Positions 45,430 through 59,920 of a stretch of DNA of 64,000 nucleotides are shown piece by piece (the stretch's first letter is position 1; every line of letters begins with the position of its first letter). Location of the stretch: positions 74,092,001-74,156,000 of the forward strand of contig OZ076409.1 of the NCBI GenBank assembly GCA_964187785.1. Direction: 5' to 3'. Below the pieces are notes generated by a model. It saw only the letters and a list, made by a program, of their open reading frames with translations. It was not told where the DNA came from and did not search any database. Both the position numbers and the translations under genes were made by a program. This DNA is from Amphiscolops sp. MND2022. Its lineage: Eukaryota.

Positions 45430-46717
45430 GTGCCGGGATTTCTATTCGATAAAGTATGTGGCGCGCCTTGGGTAGGGTCCCTTGCGCGCTCTTGGGTATG
45501 GTGTTCACCAGCTAGGAAACAGGGGTCGATTTTTCGGGATCTCCTAAACTAGCCACACGATTTGGCTGAAATTTGGCACACGTACTCCCCTCGGCACGGT
45601 GAAGATGATTTCCTACTGACGTTTTTCCCGCAAAATTTTTTTTGTTGTCCAAAATAACGGTTTTTGGGGTAAAATTTTGAATTTTTTTTAAATTTTATCT
45701 TATATCTCGCCACGGGTTTACGCTAGCGCTTCAAAACCCTGCTAAAGAAAGCTTGCAAACTGTCTCAGGAATGCGGTGTGAAATTTTTAGCTCAATTGGA
45801 CTCAAACTCGGGGAGATATAGCGTTTTTCCGGAGCGGGGGGGTTTCATTTTTCTAACGGTCCAGCTTATCTTAGCCATTTTTTCGAAAATGTACTCGCCT
45901 AAAGACCTCCCCTGGCCGGTTTTATTCCCAGCAAAACCATTTGGCCCTAAATACGGAGTTTCAGCGTTCCAGCATTCCCGGGCGAAAAGTTGTGGGACTT
46001 AGAAAATTTCAAAAAATTTCAAAATTTTTTTTTTCGGTTTTCCACCCTCCCCCCCGAGGGGAAAAGACCCCCAACCAGTAATTTGAGTGAATTCATGTGG
46101 AAAGGCCATGTTTAGAGGAGAAAAATCCCGTTTAAATTGTCTTTTTATCTTTATTAAACGTTGACTTATGACGTTTTGAAGGTGATGTTTGGAGGTGTGA
46201 AGCACGTGAAAAGTAAACGTTATGAGTATTTATCTGATCTGAAAGCCATTGAGATGCAACCTGTTTTGCTCAAAACGTAATTCATATCAGTTTGGTAGTC
46301 AATCAACACCCTTTGTTGTCATTTGACATCTTTTTTTGTTGATATAAGAAAAAATTTCGTGTATTTATTCATTTTTTTCTCATCAAATAACTTGAAACAG
46401 TTGAGTACATTCCATCCCCCCTTCACGGGGGAGATGAGAATGTACTCGCAAAAAGCCCCGAACTACGGCCCTTGCCTTCCTGAGCTACGCAGTATAAAGA
46501 TTGCATATTGGTTCCGACATTTTGATAGAGTTATATCTTGGTAATCTGTCTGGGTATGCAGAAAAACCAGCACGTGCTTTTTTATACCAAGTTGCTCACA
46601 ACGACATTTATTTTATATCAACGCCCCCATATTTATCAACGCCCCCCGTCCGTGGGCATGCCGAGGCATGCCCTTCGACGACGTATACCAAAATATTCCC
46701 CGAGCGCGTTAGCCTAG
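45430..46717 (+). mobile_element. Type A unit, 1288 bp, between the two autonomous elements
   Basis: Near-identical to 31915-33202. Confidence 0.8.
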
Positions 46718-47991
46718 GTGCCGGGATTTCTATTCGATAAAGTATGTGGCGCGTGTGGGTAGGGTCCCTGGCGCGCTCTTGGGTATGGTGTTCACCAGCT
46801 AGGAAATAGGGGTCGATTTTTCGGGATCTCCTAAACTAGCCACACGATTTGGCTGAAATTTGGCACACGTACTCCCCTCGGCACGGTGAAGATGATTTCC
46901 TACTGACGTTTTTCCCGCAAAATTTTTTTTGTTGTCCAAAATAACGGTTTTTGGTGGAAAATTTTGAACTTTTTTTAAACTTCATCTTATATCTCGCCAC
47001 CGGTTTACGCTAGCGCTTCAAAACCCTGCTAAAGAAAGCTTGCAAACTGTCTCAGGAATGCGGTGTGAAATTTTCAGCTCAATCAGACTCAAACTCAGGG
47101 AGATATAGCGTTTTTCCGGAGCGGGGGGGTTTCATTTTTCTAACGGTCCAGCTTATCTTTGCCATTTTTTCGAAAATGTACTCGCCTAAAGACCTCCCCT
47201 GGCCGGTTTTATTCCCAGCAAAACCATTTGGCCCTAAATACGGAGTTTCAGCGTTCCAGCATTCCCGGGCGAAAAGTTGTGGGACTTAGAAAATTTCAAA
47301 AATTTTCAAAAAATTTTTTTCCGTTTTCCGCCCTCCCCCCCTTGGGGAAAAGACCCCCCAACCAGTAATTTGAGTGAATTCATGTGGAAAGGCCATGTAT
47401 ACACGAGAAAATTGCCGTATAGAACGTCTTTCTATCTCAATGTGACATTAATTTAAGATGCTTTAAAAGTGATGTTTGGACGTGTGAAGCATGTAAAAAA
47501 AGGAAGTAGCAACGAACAATTTTGAATACATAATATATATTTCAAGTCTCTTTCAAAGAATGTCTTTAATAAACTCAATAGGAATTATTAACCTAATAAA
47601 TTTTAGATAATGAACAATAACAAACTATAATCAAAAACTTTATAAAGTTAGTATTGATATGAACATAATATTTATTAGGTACTTTAATTGCACATTTTTA
47701 CAAATGTATAGTATATAGTATTTAATATACACTAAATATTCATTGTGAAAAAGGTATAGCTTTCAACTTATAGTATTAGAAAGTATTTTGTTTTCTTAAA
47801 ATTTCTTATAAAAATAAAGAAATTGGTGTATAACAATAAATTCATTTCGAGCAGAGTAATATATTTTTAACTATTGAATTTTTTAAAATGTTGTGAATAG
47901 AAAGTCATAGTTGTTTGGTGTTTCAGTTCTCAAATCTAACTTATCATTGTGAAGGATGTGGTTTCAACTTTGAACTTTTTCAGAGAAAAAA

Positions 47992-48610
47992 ATGAATAGC
48001 ATCAATACAATTAATGATGAACGCGTAAGGGCTAAAGAGGTTTTAAAAGAAGCTGAGAGCAAGGAGATGTATTTAACCGTGGTTATAAAGTCAAAGACAA
48101 AGAAACCTGAAATTGATTTCAATACTAAAAAGGAGGCATTTGAGTTTGCTGAAAGTTTACTGCGTCAAATGAGTTTGGGCGCATCAAAGGTTACTGTGTC
48201 TGGTTTCAAACAGCTTTGGCTTCACTTGAATTTTGAAAGAATGAAGGTTAACATTTAACAGCATATTTGCAAATATCAACACTTCCAAAAAATTCGTCAT
48301 TATACAATTTAAATTTTTTAAGGACGCAAATCTCTGCAAGGAGTGGATAGAATCAAACAAAGATCTGAAAGAAAAATATCTAATTTATACAACCAATTTT
48401 CAAAAAAAACCAAGTATCTTTCATCAAAGTTGCAACCAAGGAGTAAAAAGACCACCACAGCATTTTCTTGCACCAACAACGAATGATACATCTACACCAA
48501 GTCGACAACACACAGCAAAAGATCTAAAATCAAGAGATGGGAACTTCAATCACGATACATTCATCAAAAACAAAAACAACAAAGATTACAAGCGACCAAA
48601 GATGTTTTAA
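47992..48610 (+). CDS. Predicted two-exon cargo gene of unknown function (47992-48246, 48323-48610), 180 aa
   Basis: ATG is preceded by TTTTTCAG. A phase-0 76-bp GT..AG intron joins the 85-codon exon to an uninterrupted 95-codon frame (DANLCKEWIESNKDLKEKY...KRPKMF*) in otherwise stop-dense AT-rich DNA. Confidence 0.6.
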
Positions 48611-50745
48611 GTATCGTTCTAATTTATTTTAATTTTTCGGTAATCATCAATGATATAAAAGTTGATTTATCTTTCTTGTTTTAGATGGAACTACAGTTGA
48701 GACCTTTAGGATCATAACTTTTGAATTATATCTGAGAAAAAATTGATAAATTATGGTATTGAAGATTTTTAGTTTTTTTTTGGTTTCATATGAATTAGTT
48801 GTGATCCTAAAATAGTCTCAAAAGAAAGTGCCATTGTATGCCGCAGATGACTCACAAAGACTTCTGGGACGCTGGGATGGTGGATTGGAAACAGAAAAGC
48901 ATTTAATACAATAAATAAGTAAGGGTATTTGTTATATCTGGAATTATTTTGTTTAAAAACATATTACTCTGACTCGAAATAATTTTGAAAAGTTTGAAAT
49001 AATTTTAAAGTTATTCAACGGTGTTCAGTTGGTTCATTAATCGAGCTGAAAGTACCTAATACACTAGAAGAATGCAACCAGGAGTTTTTATTCAGACAAT
49101 TTGTTGGAGTTTCATCATTTGTCTAAGTAACAAAAATATGACAAACTTTAAATAATAAATATAATTATTATAATTTTCATTCTGTTCATGTTCTTTAATT
49201 TCGAATAAAAATTTTTTGATATTATAAAATATATACATTTTATTGATATTATGTTTTCAAATCAATATTATATAAAAACTATATTATTATTAAATAAGAA
49301 ATTAAATCATTTTCTAAAATTTAACATATTAAATATTTTAAAAATTTGTAATTTTTTGAATTCAAATATTATCACAAACTTAAAATTAAAAACCTTTACA
49401 AAAAATCTTTCTTAAAAAGACATATAAGAATTTTTTTGTTAAAATTACAGTAACATAAATACATGAGGTGAGGTCTTTGGGTTTTAAAATACGGCTCATC
49501 AGAAGTTAGCTTGCGGCGTTATGCTGGTGGCCCTTCTGGTGATGCTATGTCCCCCCTATTTTTCGTGGGTAACCTATGCCCAATTTTTTTTCAGGCAAAA
49601 ATTTCCGTTTCGTCATTTTTAATCTCTGTTTTTTCAATTTTTTGAAAAAGATACATGAAATAGATTTCAAGGTAAGATGTGTAATAAAATTTTTCTAATT
49701 GTTTACACCTGTGGCTTGTTTTTGTATAATTAAATTTTAATTCCAAATTCAAATGCCTAATATTTTTACTTTCCTCATTTTTAAATCCATGCGTTTTGAA
49801 CAATTGAAAAAAATGAACTTTTGTGAAAATATTTACTTGTTAAAAATCATAAACATGATAAAACCTTTTTTTCGGCTTTTATTAGTTGAAACCGAAATCA
49901 ATTGCCAATTCTAAATGCAAACGCCGGAAAGCCTTAATTGGTTTCATTACTGCTCGATCTGAAAATCCGCAGGAAAAAAATGTTTAAATGAAGGCAAAAA
50001 CATATGTATTATAAAATGAATATTGAACATTCAGTTAAAAAAGATTCAATTCAGAGCTGAAAATCAAAAATTCTTAAACTTATAGATAAAGAATTTGGAA
50101 TTAGAATGATTTGGATTTTTGTAGTTGTTGAAATAATACTATATAGCCATAAAATTCATGACTTATGTTTCATTGTATTTCAAAATTTAACTTTGAATTG
50201 CTCAATAAAGATGTTAGAGACCTCTTGTACAGTATGTTGGATGAATGAATATTTTATACTGAGAGTACAGTGGGAATGCTATATAGCTAAATAATGACTA
50301 CGTTTCGCTTTTCCTATACGTATGAATTTGAAATCGTTCTCATAAATTCGAGTGGTCATACAGTTGCATCAAAATTGTTTTTCATATACGGATCATCGAA
50401 CGACAAAATACAAAAGGTATTTTACATTCGTTCTTCAAATGTTTTGAATTTGACTAAATTCAAAATGGGAATTTATATAAAACGCTCAGTCGATTTGTAA
50501 TTAGGGATGATTTGAAACTCTGATTTGTTATTGAAACACTATCTTTTTATTCGAGTTGATAATTTCGATTATAAAAAACAAGGTGTTTTTTGTTGAACGT
50601 GATTTTTTTAGTTATTTTCGAATCGTACGGTCGCTTTAATCGGCAAAAGTGGATACGTCGAGTCGTTTGATGTTTTAATAAGTACCGTTACGGTATTAGT
50701 TTAAAGTTTTCGATTTTCATCGTGGTATATATCTATTTCAGGGTT

Positions 50746-53700
50746 ATGGCACGTGGTCGTCGAAGTCGTGCTCGATCCACACGTAACACATGCACTCGAT
50801 GTAGAGTATTCATATCCAATTCCGCTACTCTTTGTGACAATTGCATTGGAGCTTCTCAACGAGCTGGTGTTATGGATACTACTTCACTTCCTTCAGATGA
50901 TCATCATCCAGTCATCTGTTTATTATGTAAAACAGAAAACGCATTTGTCGATTCTCTTTGTACAAGTTGTTGTCCAATTACTTTGACTACTATTACATCA
51001 GCCGAATGTTTCAAATGCAGGCGTATTCCCTTGACTGACCTAAACAGAATTAACGTTGGAGAAATGAAGAGAACGAAGTTTGGCTGCAATATTACAGAAA
51101 CATCATCACTGAACGTTGTTAACCTGTGCGATGAATGTACTCAATACTGTGTGGCAGGTCGTCAAAATTCTTGGTCCAGTGTTTGGCCTAGTGCTATCCT
51201 CGATTTTTTATGTGGCAAATACAAAGGATCGATATGTGGAAAACCGTTTCATAAAGTTTTGCCTTCAACAATTATGCATGAATATGAGCATCTCCTGAGG
51301 AATAACAATCCAAATGTTGAAACATTGTTCGAAGACCTCACCCCAAAAACAAAAGAATATAAAGACTTGAGGAACGATATGAGAATTGAAAACATCAAGA
51401 AGGCATACAATAAATATTGTTTCCCGGAGGTTAAATGCCCTTTCGGTTGTTCAGAATTTGTTGGCGAGAGTGGGCTTATTCCCATGCAGTACTTTTTAAA
51501 AATGTTGGATACAAACTTCAATTTCGGTAACACTAATTGGAAAAAATGCTTCCGATGTGTTAGACCTGATTGGTTGTGCAAATATGTCCACAATGATATC
51601 TTCGAAATCAAGCCTCATTTAGTTGTTGATGAAATTAAAGGCATTTGTGTATCTACGTGTCGTTTCCATAAGGGTGGTTCAAGTAAAATGTTTGTTCATC
51701 CCCCTACGAATCCCACAGGACGATTGCCATCAAAAACCTCCGATAGATTGGGCCCTGCAACAATTTGTTATAATTCATACAAGCCCGCTAAAGCAAATTA
51801 TTCAACTCATACCTACTCAATGGGTGTAGCCAAAGGAAACTTCTCAGGCATCAGTTCTACAACAATCAGCTGCAAAAGAAAGTGGGATATTGCTTTTGGA
51901 AATGATGATGTAGTCCGAGAATCACTATGCAGTAACAAGCGTAAAGACATTAAGCCTCTTCTCCAAAAATTGGTACATACACGTGAAATCTCACAAGATT
52001 TGTTTGAAAGCATAACTTCTGATTGTTCTCTGCCTGATTGTGCTTCAATAGCTAAATGCTTACAAAGTTCAACGTCTGTGCCTTTCGACGCTTCAATGGC
52101 CATAAAAGATATGCAGGAAAAAGGAATTGAAGCGAAATGTTTTCCATTTTTTTCGCACCCCTTGGACAGTTACGGTTGTGAGCCTCCTGATTTAGCAATT
52201 GCAGATCCAGAACAACTTCATATTTGGTGTGTTGCTGTTATGTTTTCGTTGAGTTGTACATTCCATATAAATCTTTGGAATTCCAATTCTCCTTTGGATA
52301 TTCATTTGAAAGACCTTTACAATCTTATGATATGCTACGATGGAAGGGCTCCTGATTCAACTCGCAAAAGAAATTTAGTTACTTGTCTTCAAAGTCTAAA
52401 TAACCAAGTATCTGATGTTTTATCGACTAATATTCGAGAGTTTCTAGATACCATTTCTTGGTGTAAAAATTACATTGTTACAGACAGAGACTCTGTAGAA
52501 ACATTGTTGAGCGATAATGACAATACAGATATCGTAAGCTTTACAACTCAGTGCCGGATGAGCCCAAACAACACGTTTCTTCAGGACAGATTGGTTACAC
52601 AAAGTAGACTTTCAACATACGAGCTGCGTTCAATTACAATGATAGACAACAATAAGTTGAAAACACTTGTAAGACATGGAAAACAATATTGTTGCTGGTG
52701 GATGTTTTCAAGTGATTCATTGACACCTTCAAAAATACAAATGGATGAAAATTCACTAATGTGCAAATTCCATTCAAGTTGGACATGTTGTCATTACGAA
52801 AGAATAGATTCAGTGGATATTCGTGAGAGAAAGTATCAATATTTAGAATATTTGGGAGGTCAAGGAAGGTTCATTTGCGAGGATCACGATGTTCCTTTAA
52901 TAGTTGCAACTTCAAAACAATCAACTGAGTGTTCTTTTGACGAAAGATGTCATCGAAAAGCTGCATGGAAATGCCCTGAAGGTTCTTGCACATCCGCAGT
53001 TTGCCGCAAACACTTCAGTCAGCACGCTGTAAATTCAGACAGAATACGATTACAGGCACAACCTGTGACTGCAACTAATATTTCATCACCTACAGAGACA
53101 TATTTAGGTAATGATAATCGGCAATCTCAACAATCTGATGAAGACAACTTGTCCGACATCTCTGACCCAGAATCAGATTATGATGAATTCTCGTTTGTAA
53201 ATTTTGCAACAGATTCTGGTCCCATTCAAAATGCCACAGATTTGAGTGCTACGAATTCAGGTGACGTACCACAATTTCTGGATGATTCAAACAACAGTAT
53301 TCCAACTCATGTACTGCTGAATTTTGACTGTCACGTACTTCAAAGGCAGAATTTGAGAAATGAAAGACACAAAAGTTCTTCCCGTTTTTTACAAAACATT
53401 GTTGCCTCGTCCGCGGGTGATTCAATTCCTCTCATTTATCCAGATTCATGTCTTTTTCCAACACAGTATTATCATGAACAGCAAGATAAAACGATGACAG
53501 GTGCTATTCCAGCACCCCTTTACAACGAGAAACAAAGCAAAATGTTCAACTTTGCCGACATTTCAGATCAAAAACGAACTGCTCTGCTGAACCCAGCTTT
53601 GCTCCAATCAACAGATGTTAGATACATTCAAACAACTTTTGACACAATCTTCAACAAAAATCTCAATTGTTCAGACACAAGGATTGTTCTGAACCGCGGA

Positions 53701-56700
53701 TTTCAAGAAATAACAAACAAAAACAGTAAAAGCATTTCGTCAGACAAATCAAGACTTCAGTTTGACAAAGCCGACTCACGAGTGAGAGTAAATGAATTAG
53801 CTGCACTTCTGAAAAGTGAACCAGCTACGTTTTTTCTGACTTTAACATGTAATCAAAGAGAACACTTTGGTGTTGCCCCTATTTTTGATGCATTGGAAAC
53901 CAAATATGATAGAAACAACAAAGACGATTGGAATAAAGCAGTACAGGCCGAAATAGTTCTGTTAACGAGAGCCTGGCATCGTTCGGCCATGGCTTTAATG
54001 GAATACATTGAAAAATCACCAGACAAACCGTTGGGATCAGTGACAAAAATTTGGTTTAGATTCGAATTTCAAACCACAAAAGGTAACCTACCACATATAC
54101 ATGCAGTAATTTGGACGAAAGAAACCAAGGAAGAACTCAAATACAAAGTCTCATGCTCAGGAAGTTCAGCTTTATTTGAATTAAAAAAAATTGCAACGGA
54201 AACCAATTTGATAGATAATGATGATGTTCTGAATTGGTTAGATCAACTGATGACCGTACAAACGCATTCGTGTGAGAAAGCAAATTACCGATGTCACAAA
54301 GTAATTAGTGAAAATAGAACAACACATTGCAGAGTTCCAAAGTATCCTCAGTCACACACCTACTCTTGGAGAAAGATTCCGACCTTCCATTCTGACGAGG
54401 CGCTGGAAAAACTTTTTTATCTTGACTTGGCCGTCCGTTCTCAAAATCGAGATGATACATATGATGTTTCCAGTGCACTACAAGGAGGGAAATTTGAATA
54501 TCCAGCGTCAAGTGACGAGCATCTTTCCCCATTCAATACCTTACTGTTTGTAATTACAAAGTCGTCACAAAATCTTCAACTTTGTGATGAATACCTGTCA
54601 GCAAGGTATATTGCTAAATATGCTGCAGGAATTGAGGAACGAGCAGACGCACGAATAGATCCCAAAACTTTCAAGGATATAACAATAAAAACGAATGGCA
54701 TAAAGAACATTAAAATTGCTGGCACGAAGTCAAAATTTGTAACAACAGATAGAAAAACTCTTGTTCAAATCCTGGCCCTTGTGGAAACAATTTGGTGGAT
54801 ACTTGGATTTGATTATGTTTACAGTTCAGTAAAATTTATTCATTTATCTACACACGAGAAGAGTGAACGAGCAGGAAAATTGAAACGAAAAACAACGATT
54901 GCTTCGTCAATAGAATTACCAAACTACGTTAGAAAAATTTCAACTTTCGAATCAACAAGACATTTCACCCAAAGTCAATTACTATTGTTAAAAGACTACT
55001 TATCATGTGAGTTTGTTAATTGCAAGATTTCCATATTCAGTGGCAGACCTCCAGCTCTTTTGTTTGTCGATAACCCAAAACTTTACTTCACATGGTTCAA
55101 AAGATCGTTCGTCAAGAGTCCAGAGACAAAAGTAAATTCCAATGTACATCTTTCAACGTGGATAGATGTATTTGGTTACGCTGTTCATTTGAGAAAAATA
55201 TATTTAGACGAATTTGAAAAGTTTTATGATCAAGCAATTTTGAATGGAAATCACAACTTACACCGATTCAATAACGACACTTCCATACTTTACCTGAAAA
55301 ATGATGTTACTGGAATAAAAACAGCCGAAGACATGCCTGTTCAAGTTGTAACATCCAACATCGTTCCTTCAAATCCATACAAGTTTCTTGTACACTTTGC
55401 TTTGTCTTATGGATGTTTTGAAACAGAGATTGACTTGTTTAATCAATCGAATATGATCGAAGTCTTCAAATATTGTAAACTTCTTCCAATTACTACACCT
55501 TACACAAGCGAACACTATTATGCTCTTGTGAAGAAATACGTTCTCGATGAACTCAAATTTTTACCGGGAGCAAGTCGGTCATTCGACCGTCATTTTCTTT
55601 CAAGCTTCAATGTGTTCTACAACCTTGTCATGAATAACCAAGTTCATTATGATGCAATACCTTCTGTTTTGCACTGCGAACTTTCAGAAAATGCTGAGAT
55701 TGATTATTTGTTATTTAATAATCAGAAACGTGCGAGAAGCGTGCAAGGATGTCTGCTCAATTCTGCTCTGACACCTTTACGATGCAAACAAAACGACTTT
55801 TTGGAAGCAACTCGAGAGAAACCATTTAATTACAATGTTTTGTTCCCACGAGCTGACGGACAATCTAATGATTCTTATGAATTTCAACAGCATGTATTTA
55901 AAAGATGCCTAATGCGTTTGGACTCCTTTATGCGTGGCAATCAGGGTTTTGTTAAACATCAATTGTTTCTCGGACGTCCTGGTAGTGGGAAAACCTTAGT
56001 ATGCACTATGCTTTTCTTAAAAGCTGTCGCAAGAGGACTAAATTGTTCAATTACCTGTTTGAGTGGCGAACGAGCTCAACAATTGGGTGGAGAGCATGTT
56101 CACAAAATGTTTAAATTCCGAGTCAATAAAATGCAAGTACCAGAACATATGGCAAGTCAAAGCATAAATGCACTCATGAAAGATGTAACCCGTTTTACAG
56201 ACCTTGAAAGACTTGACGTTTTATTTATCGATGAAATTGGACAACTTAACGCTGAGCTTCTTTGTGCTATGGAGTTAGTCCTTCAAACAGTTAAAGAAAA
56301 TAGACTTCCAATGGGTGGTGTTTTCGTAATTATGTCAGGAGACCCCAAACAGTTGAGGCCCCCTAACGGTTCACTTGTTTGGCTTTCACCTAAACTGCTT
56401 AGCAATTATGATTTTCATTATTTCCTTCACTACGTACGTGCTGTTCCTGGATTGTTGAGAGAAATTCTTTACGAGCTTGACGAAAATGAAATCAATGAAT
56501 CAAAAGCTGCTGAGATTGCCAAAGTCATAGTAACAAATTGTATTATCAAGGATTCTTGGAACAATGTAAATGATGATTTTTCAATGCGTGTATTCAGCAC
56601 AAGAGCTGCCGAACATGAAGCAGTAAAACAGCATACAGCAAAAATTACTAACAATACATCTTGTCCATCTGTAACAATGAATGCTGTAGATGAACAAAGT

Positions 56701-57837
56701 TCTACAGGATCTTCAATTTGGCTTCCAACTAGCGTTCAGAACTCCAACTATATCGATACGCAATCAATAACTCCAAAAAAAATTCTATTTTACAAAGGAG
56801 TTCTGCTTCGATTCACGGCCAACATTCCAAACATTCAAGCCAGACAGGGACAATTGTGCATTTCACTAGATGTTCCAGAACAATCAGCTACATCGTTAGC
56901 AGTTCTAATTGCACCTCCAGGCTGCCGAAGAGCTCCTACCACAGATGAAGGTACTTTGCTTAATTGTGGTTGGCAGAAACATAATGTATCCAAAGTGTAC
57001 ACCCCGGTGATAAATAATGGATCATGTTTTCTTAGAAGATATTTTTTCCCATTGAAAAACTACGTCGCGTCAACAATACACAAATGTTTGGGTGATACTT
57101 TTCCCAAGATTGTTACAAAAATTTCCGTAACTGAGAGCAATTACAAGATCTGGGAAAAAGAACAGCTCCTGGTTTTACTCAGTCGTGTGAGTAAACTTGA
57201 AGATTTAACTTTTGTAGGATCTGCAGAAGAATTACAAACTACTTTAACAACGATCATCCAGAAGCAGTCTTGTTGGAATAATTTCATAAACAATCTACTT
57301 GTCAAATTAGCTTTACCACCTCACAACCTAACAGCATCAATGAACCTGCTTAGCAGCAATTTTTTACCTTGGAATATCGTTTTACCTGCGGATGGTACGG
57401 GATTTGTTTATGTACTATTGAGTACCAAAATTGCAAACATATTTTACATTGGAGAATCAGTTTGTTTACGAAACAGTCTCAGAGAGCACAACTGTGGAAT
57501 TGGTTCAAAAGATACTGCACCAATAGAAAGACGACCATGGGCATTGCTTACATTTGCCACCGGTTAGAAAATGTTTTGTTTAATTCTGTATTCAATATGA
57601 AATCATGTATAAATTAAATATTTTATATTGTTGTGTCTTTTAGGATTCACAACTGAAAACATGACAGCCAATGGAAGACAAAGGAAGAATCTACAACTAG
57701 CAATGAAATATCAAGCATCATTACTGGGTCCAAACTTGTCTTCTGCTTCAGTATTTGCTTCATTTTCAAATTGTGTAAGAAGTTATGCACAGCAAAATGA
57801 TTTGAATTTACAAGTAATACAATGTGGTGCCTTGTGA
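50746..57837 (+). CDS. RepHel-type transposase paralog, two exons (50746-57562, 57644-57837), ~2336 aa, with C-terminal GIY-YIG-like domain
   Basis: Same Rep (FFLTLTCN, FEFQTTKGNLPHIHAVIW, YIAKY) and helicase motifs as copy 1. Removing an 81-bp GT..TAG intron restores ATG-FTTENM collinearity with copy 1 and gives almost the same length. Confidence 0.92.
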
Positions 57838-58633
57838 AAAAAGAACATAACTGCAATACTACATATGTTTGGTTGACCTAGTCACAAAGTGACGTTAGGT
57901 CAACCGTTTCAATCACTGTGATATAGACACTGCAATGGTGCTGTTTTGTTTCAAAAACTTATTACAAAGATGAACTGAAATTGTTGATAAATTATCTCAC
58001 ATTACTCAATATGGGCATATATATTAATATGTTAAAAATAAAAACCATACTCAGAAAAAACGTTGTATTATATATTAAAATTTTGCAAAAAATTGAGAAC
58101 AGGAATTAAATGAAAAATATTATAAATTATATAATTAAAATTTATTCTATTCAATGAATCGGAAAATTGTTCACTTGATAAAAGTTATTATCGTTATGAG
58201 TATGGTTTATTTTTAATAATGACAATATTATATTAACATAAGAAAATGATTTTAACTTGGATCTTCAATACAATTTCATTAGGGTGTTTTATTTGTATTT
58301 TGTTGAGCAGTTAATGAGGCACATGTTGGTTAAAATACATAACTTTACTCCCATTGTAAATATGTATTGGGATAATTGTATGCATTAGTTAATGATTTTA
58401 ACTTTATTGATGAAAGTTAATAAAAATCATAAATTGAAAACAGATGAAAATGAGAAAGTTAAATTATTTACCATTAAACATTTTTCGTTAGATAAGGCAA
58501 AAAAGTAGAAAATGAAAATCTGGTTTTCTTGGTGATTAAAAAATTTTGTGGTTCATATTATTAATATATGTGTCTGAAATTGAAAAATGTATGTTTTTTT
58601 CAGTTTGTGACTTGATACTTTAAAGCCTGAATC

Positions 58634-59920
58634 ATGCCTGTTATAAACAAGGATTTATCGGTAGAAGAAGCCGCAGCACGAGTACAAACTAAATTAACAA
58701 TCATGAAGTTGGATGATTTACTGGAAGGAGGCAACAGCGACAGACGCTATTTATTGTGTAATGTACTACACGCAAAGAAGTGCGTCAAATCTGTATCTTA
58801 CTACAAAATAAACAATGGACAAAAACAGAAACAAGAAATGAATTTTAACAGATTTGTCCTTATGGGTTCAGCAGATACAGAAAAGGTCATAGCAATATTT
58901 ACATATACTCAACAAGAAAGCGCTGAACTTCTTCGATTTTGTAATTATTTACAACCTGGCAATACGTGTGCACTTATAAGGGGCAAGTTTGATCAAAAGT
59001 ACATGGGAGCTGTGTCAACAACGCCTATCATAGCTACAGTAGAACCTTTAGTTCCATTAACTATAAAAACATGTCCTCCTATTCCTTGTCCTCGGACTAT
59101 TACTGCTCCAGACTTTTGTCATTTCATTGTCAAAACTAAGAATTTGGTTCTAAATAATATTGATGCTGTGGGACAGGTCTGCAACGGGATTTTCTGTGAC
59201 GGACAACCGAAAGGAGACTGTCCATGTCTGGAAGTGGACAATAGAAAGACAAGCTGGGTTGTGACTGCAAACTTAGCATCTGACAATATACATTTTACTG
59301 CAAAAATCAGATCTAAAAGGCTTATAAATTTATTTGCACCAAATTGTAAAAATGCAGACCCGAATAAAAGAAGTTTCGATGTTCTGGATTTCGCAGATGC
59401 TGTCGAAAAGTGTGTGGAACACGTAAATTCAAAAAATGGATGGGTTATATTTGGTTGGGTCAAACCAAACGACGTTGCAGTTGAAACAACCAACTATGAT
59501 TGCGATCTCCATATTGTGCATATCATTCCACAAGTTGCTGCAGATACACTTTCAAGTAAGAGAAATTTTTTTGAATCTCCAAATTCTTTTGAATACAATT
59601 TTCATCAATAATAAGTGTAAAGGTTAAATTTTTTTTAACACAAAAAAAAATCCAAAATTAAATTCAATAAACAAGTTTAATGTATGCACTCTATGAAAAC
59701 ATTATTACCTTAAAAAAATTTTTAAAAAGGTTTCATTTTTTGGGAATATTCTAAATAAAACTTCATAGAGATAATGAAATGTTTATTTTCAGCTGCATAT
59801 ATCGAGCTACAATACAAACTACCACCTACGCCTACTCTTGAAATTGAAGAAATAACTGCGCCTGTGGAAAATGAACAGACAACTGCTCCTGTACAAGCTG
59901 AACAGACAACTTCAGAATGA
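58634..59920 (+). CDS. Accessory ORF2 paralog, two exons (58634-59555, 59793-59920), 349 aa with acidic C-terminal tail
   Basis: Homologous to the 43460 gene. Donor A|GTAAGA and acceptor TTTTCAG. Exon 2 reads AYIELQYKLPPTPTLEIEEITAPVENEQTTAPVQAEQTTSE*. Confidence 0.85.

Noticed and set aside
31915..46717. LTR retrotransposon reading of the 1288-bp direct repeats flanking element 1
   Set aside because: No gag/RT/integrase, no TG..CA ends or PBS. The repeats are ordinary array units.
57628..57837. Separate 69-aa gene or pseudogenised RepHel copy 2
   Set aside because: Better explained as exon 2 of RepHel after an 81-bp canonical intron.
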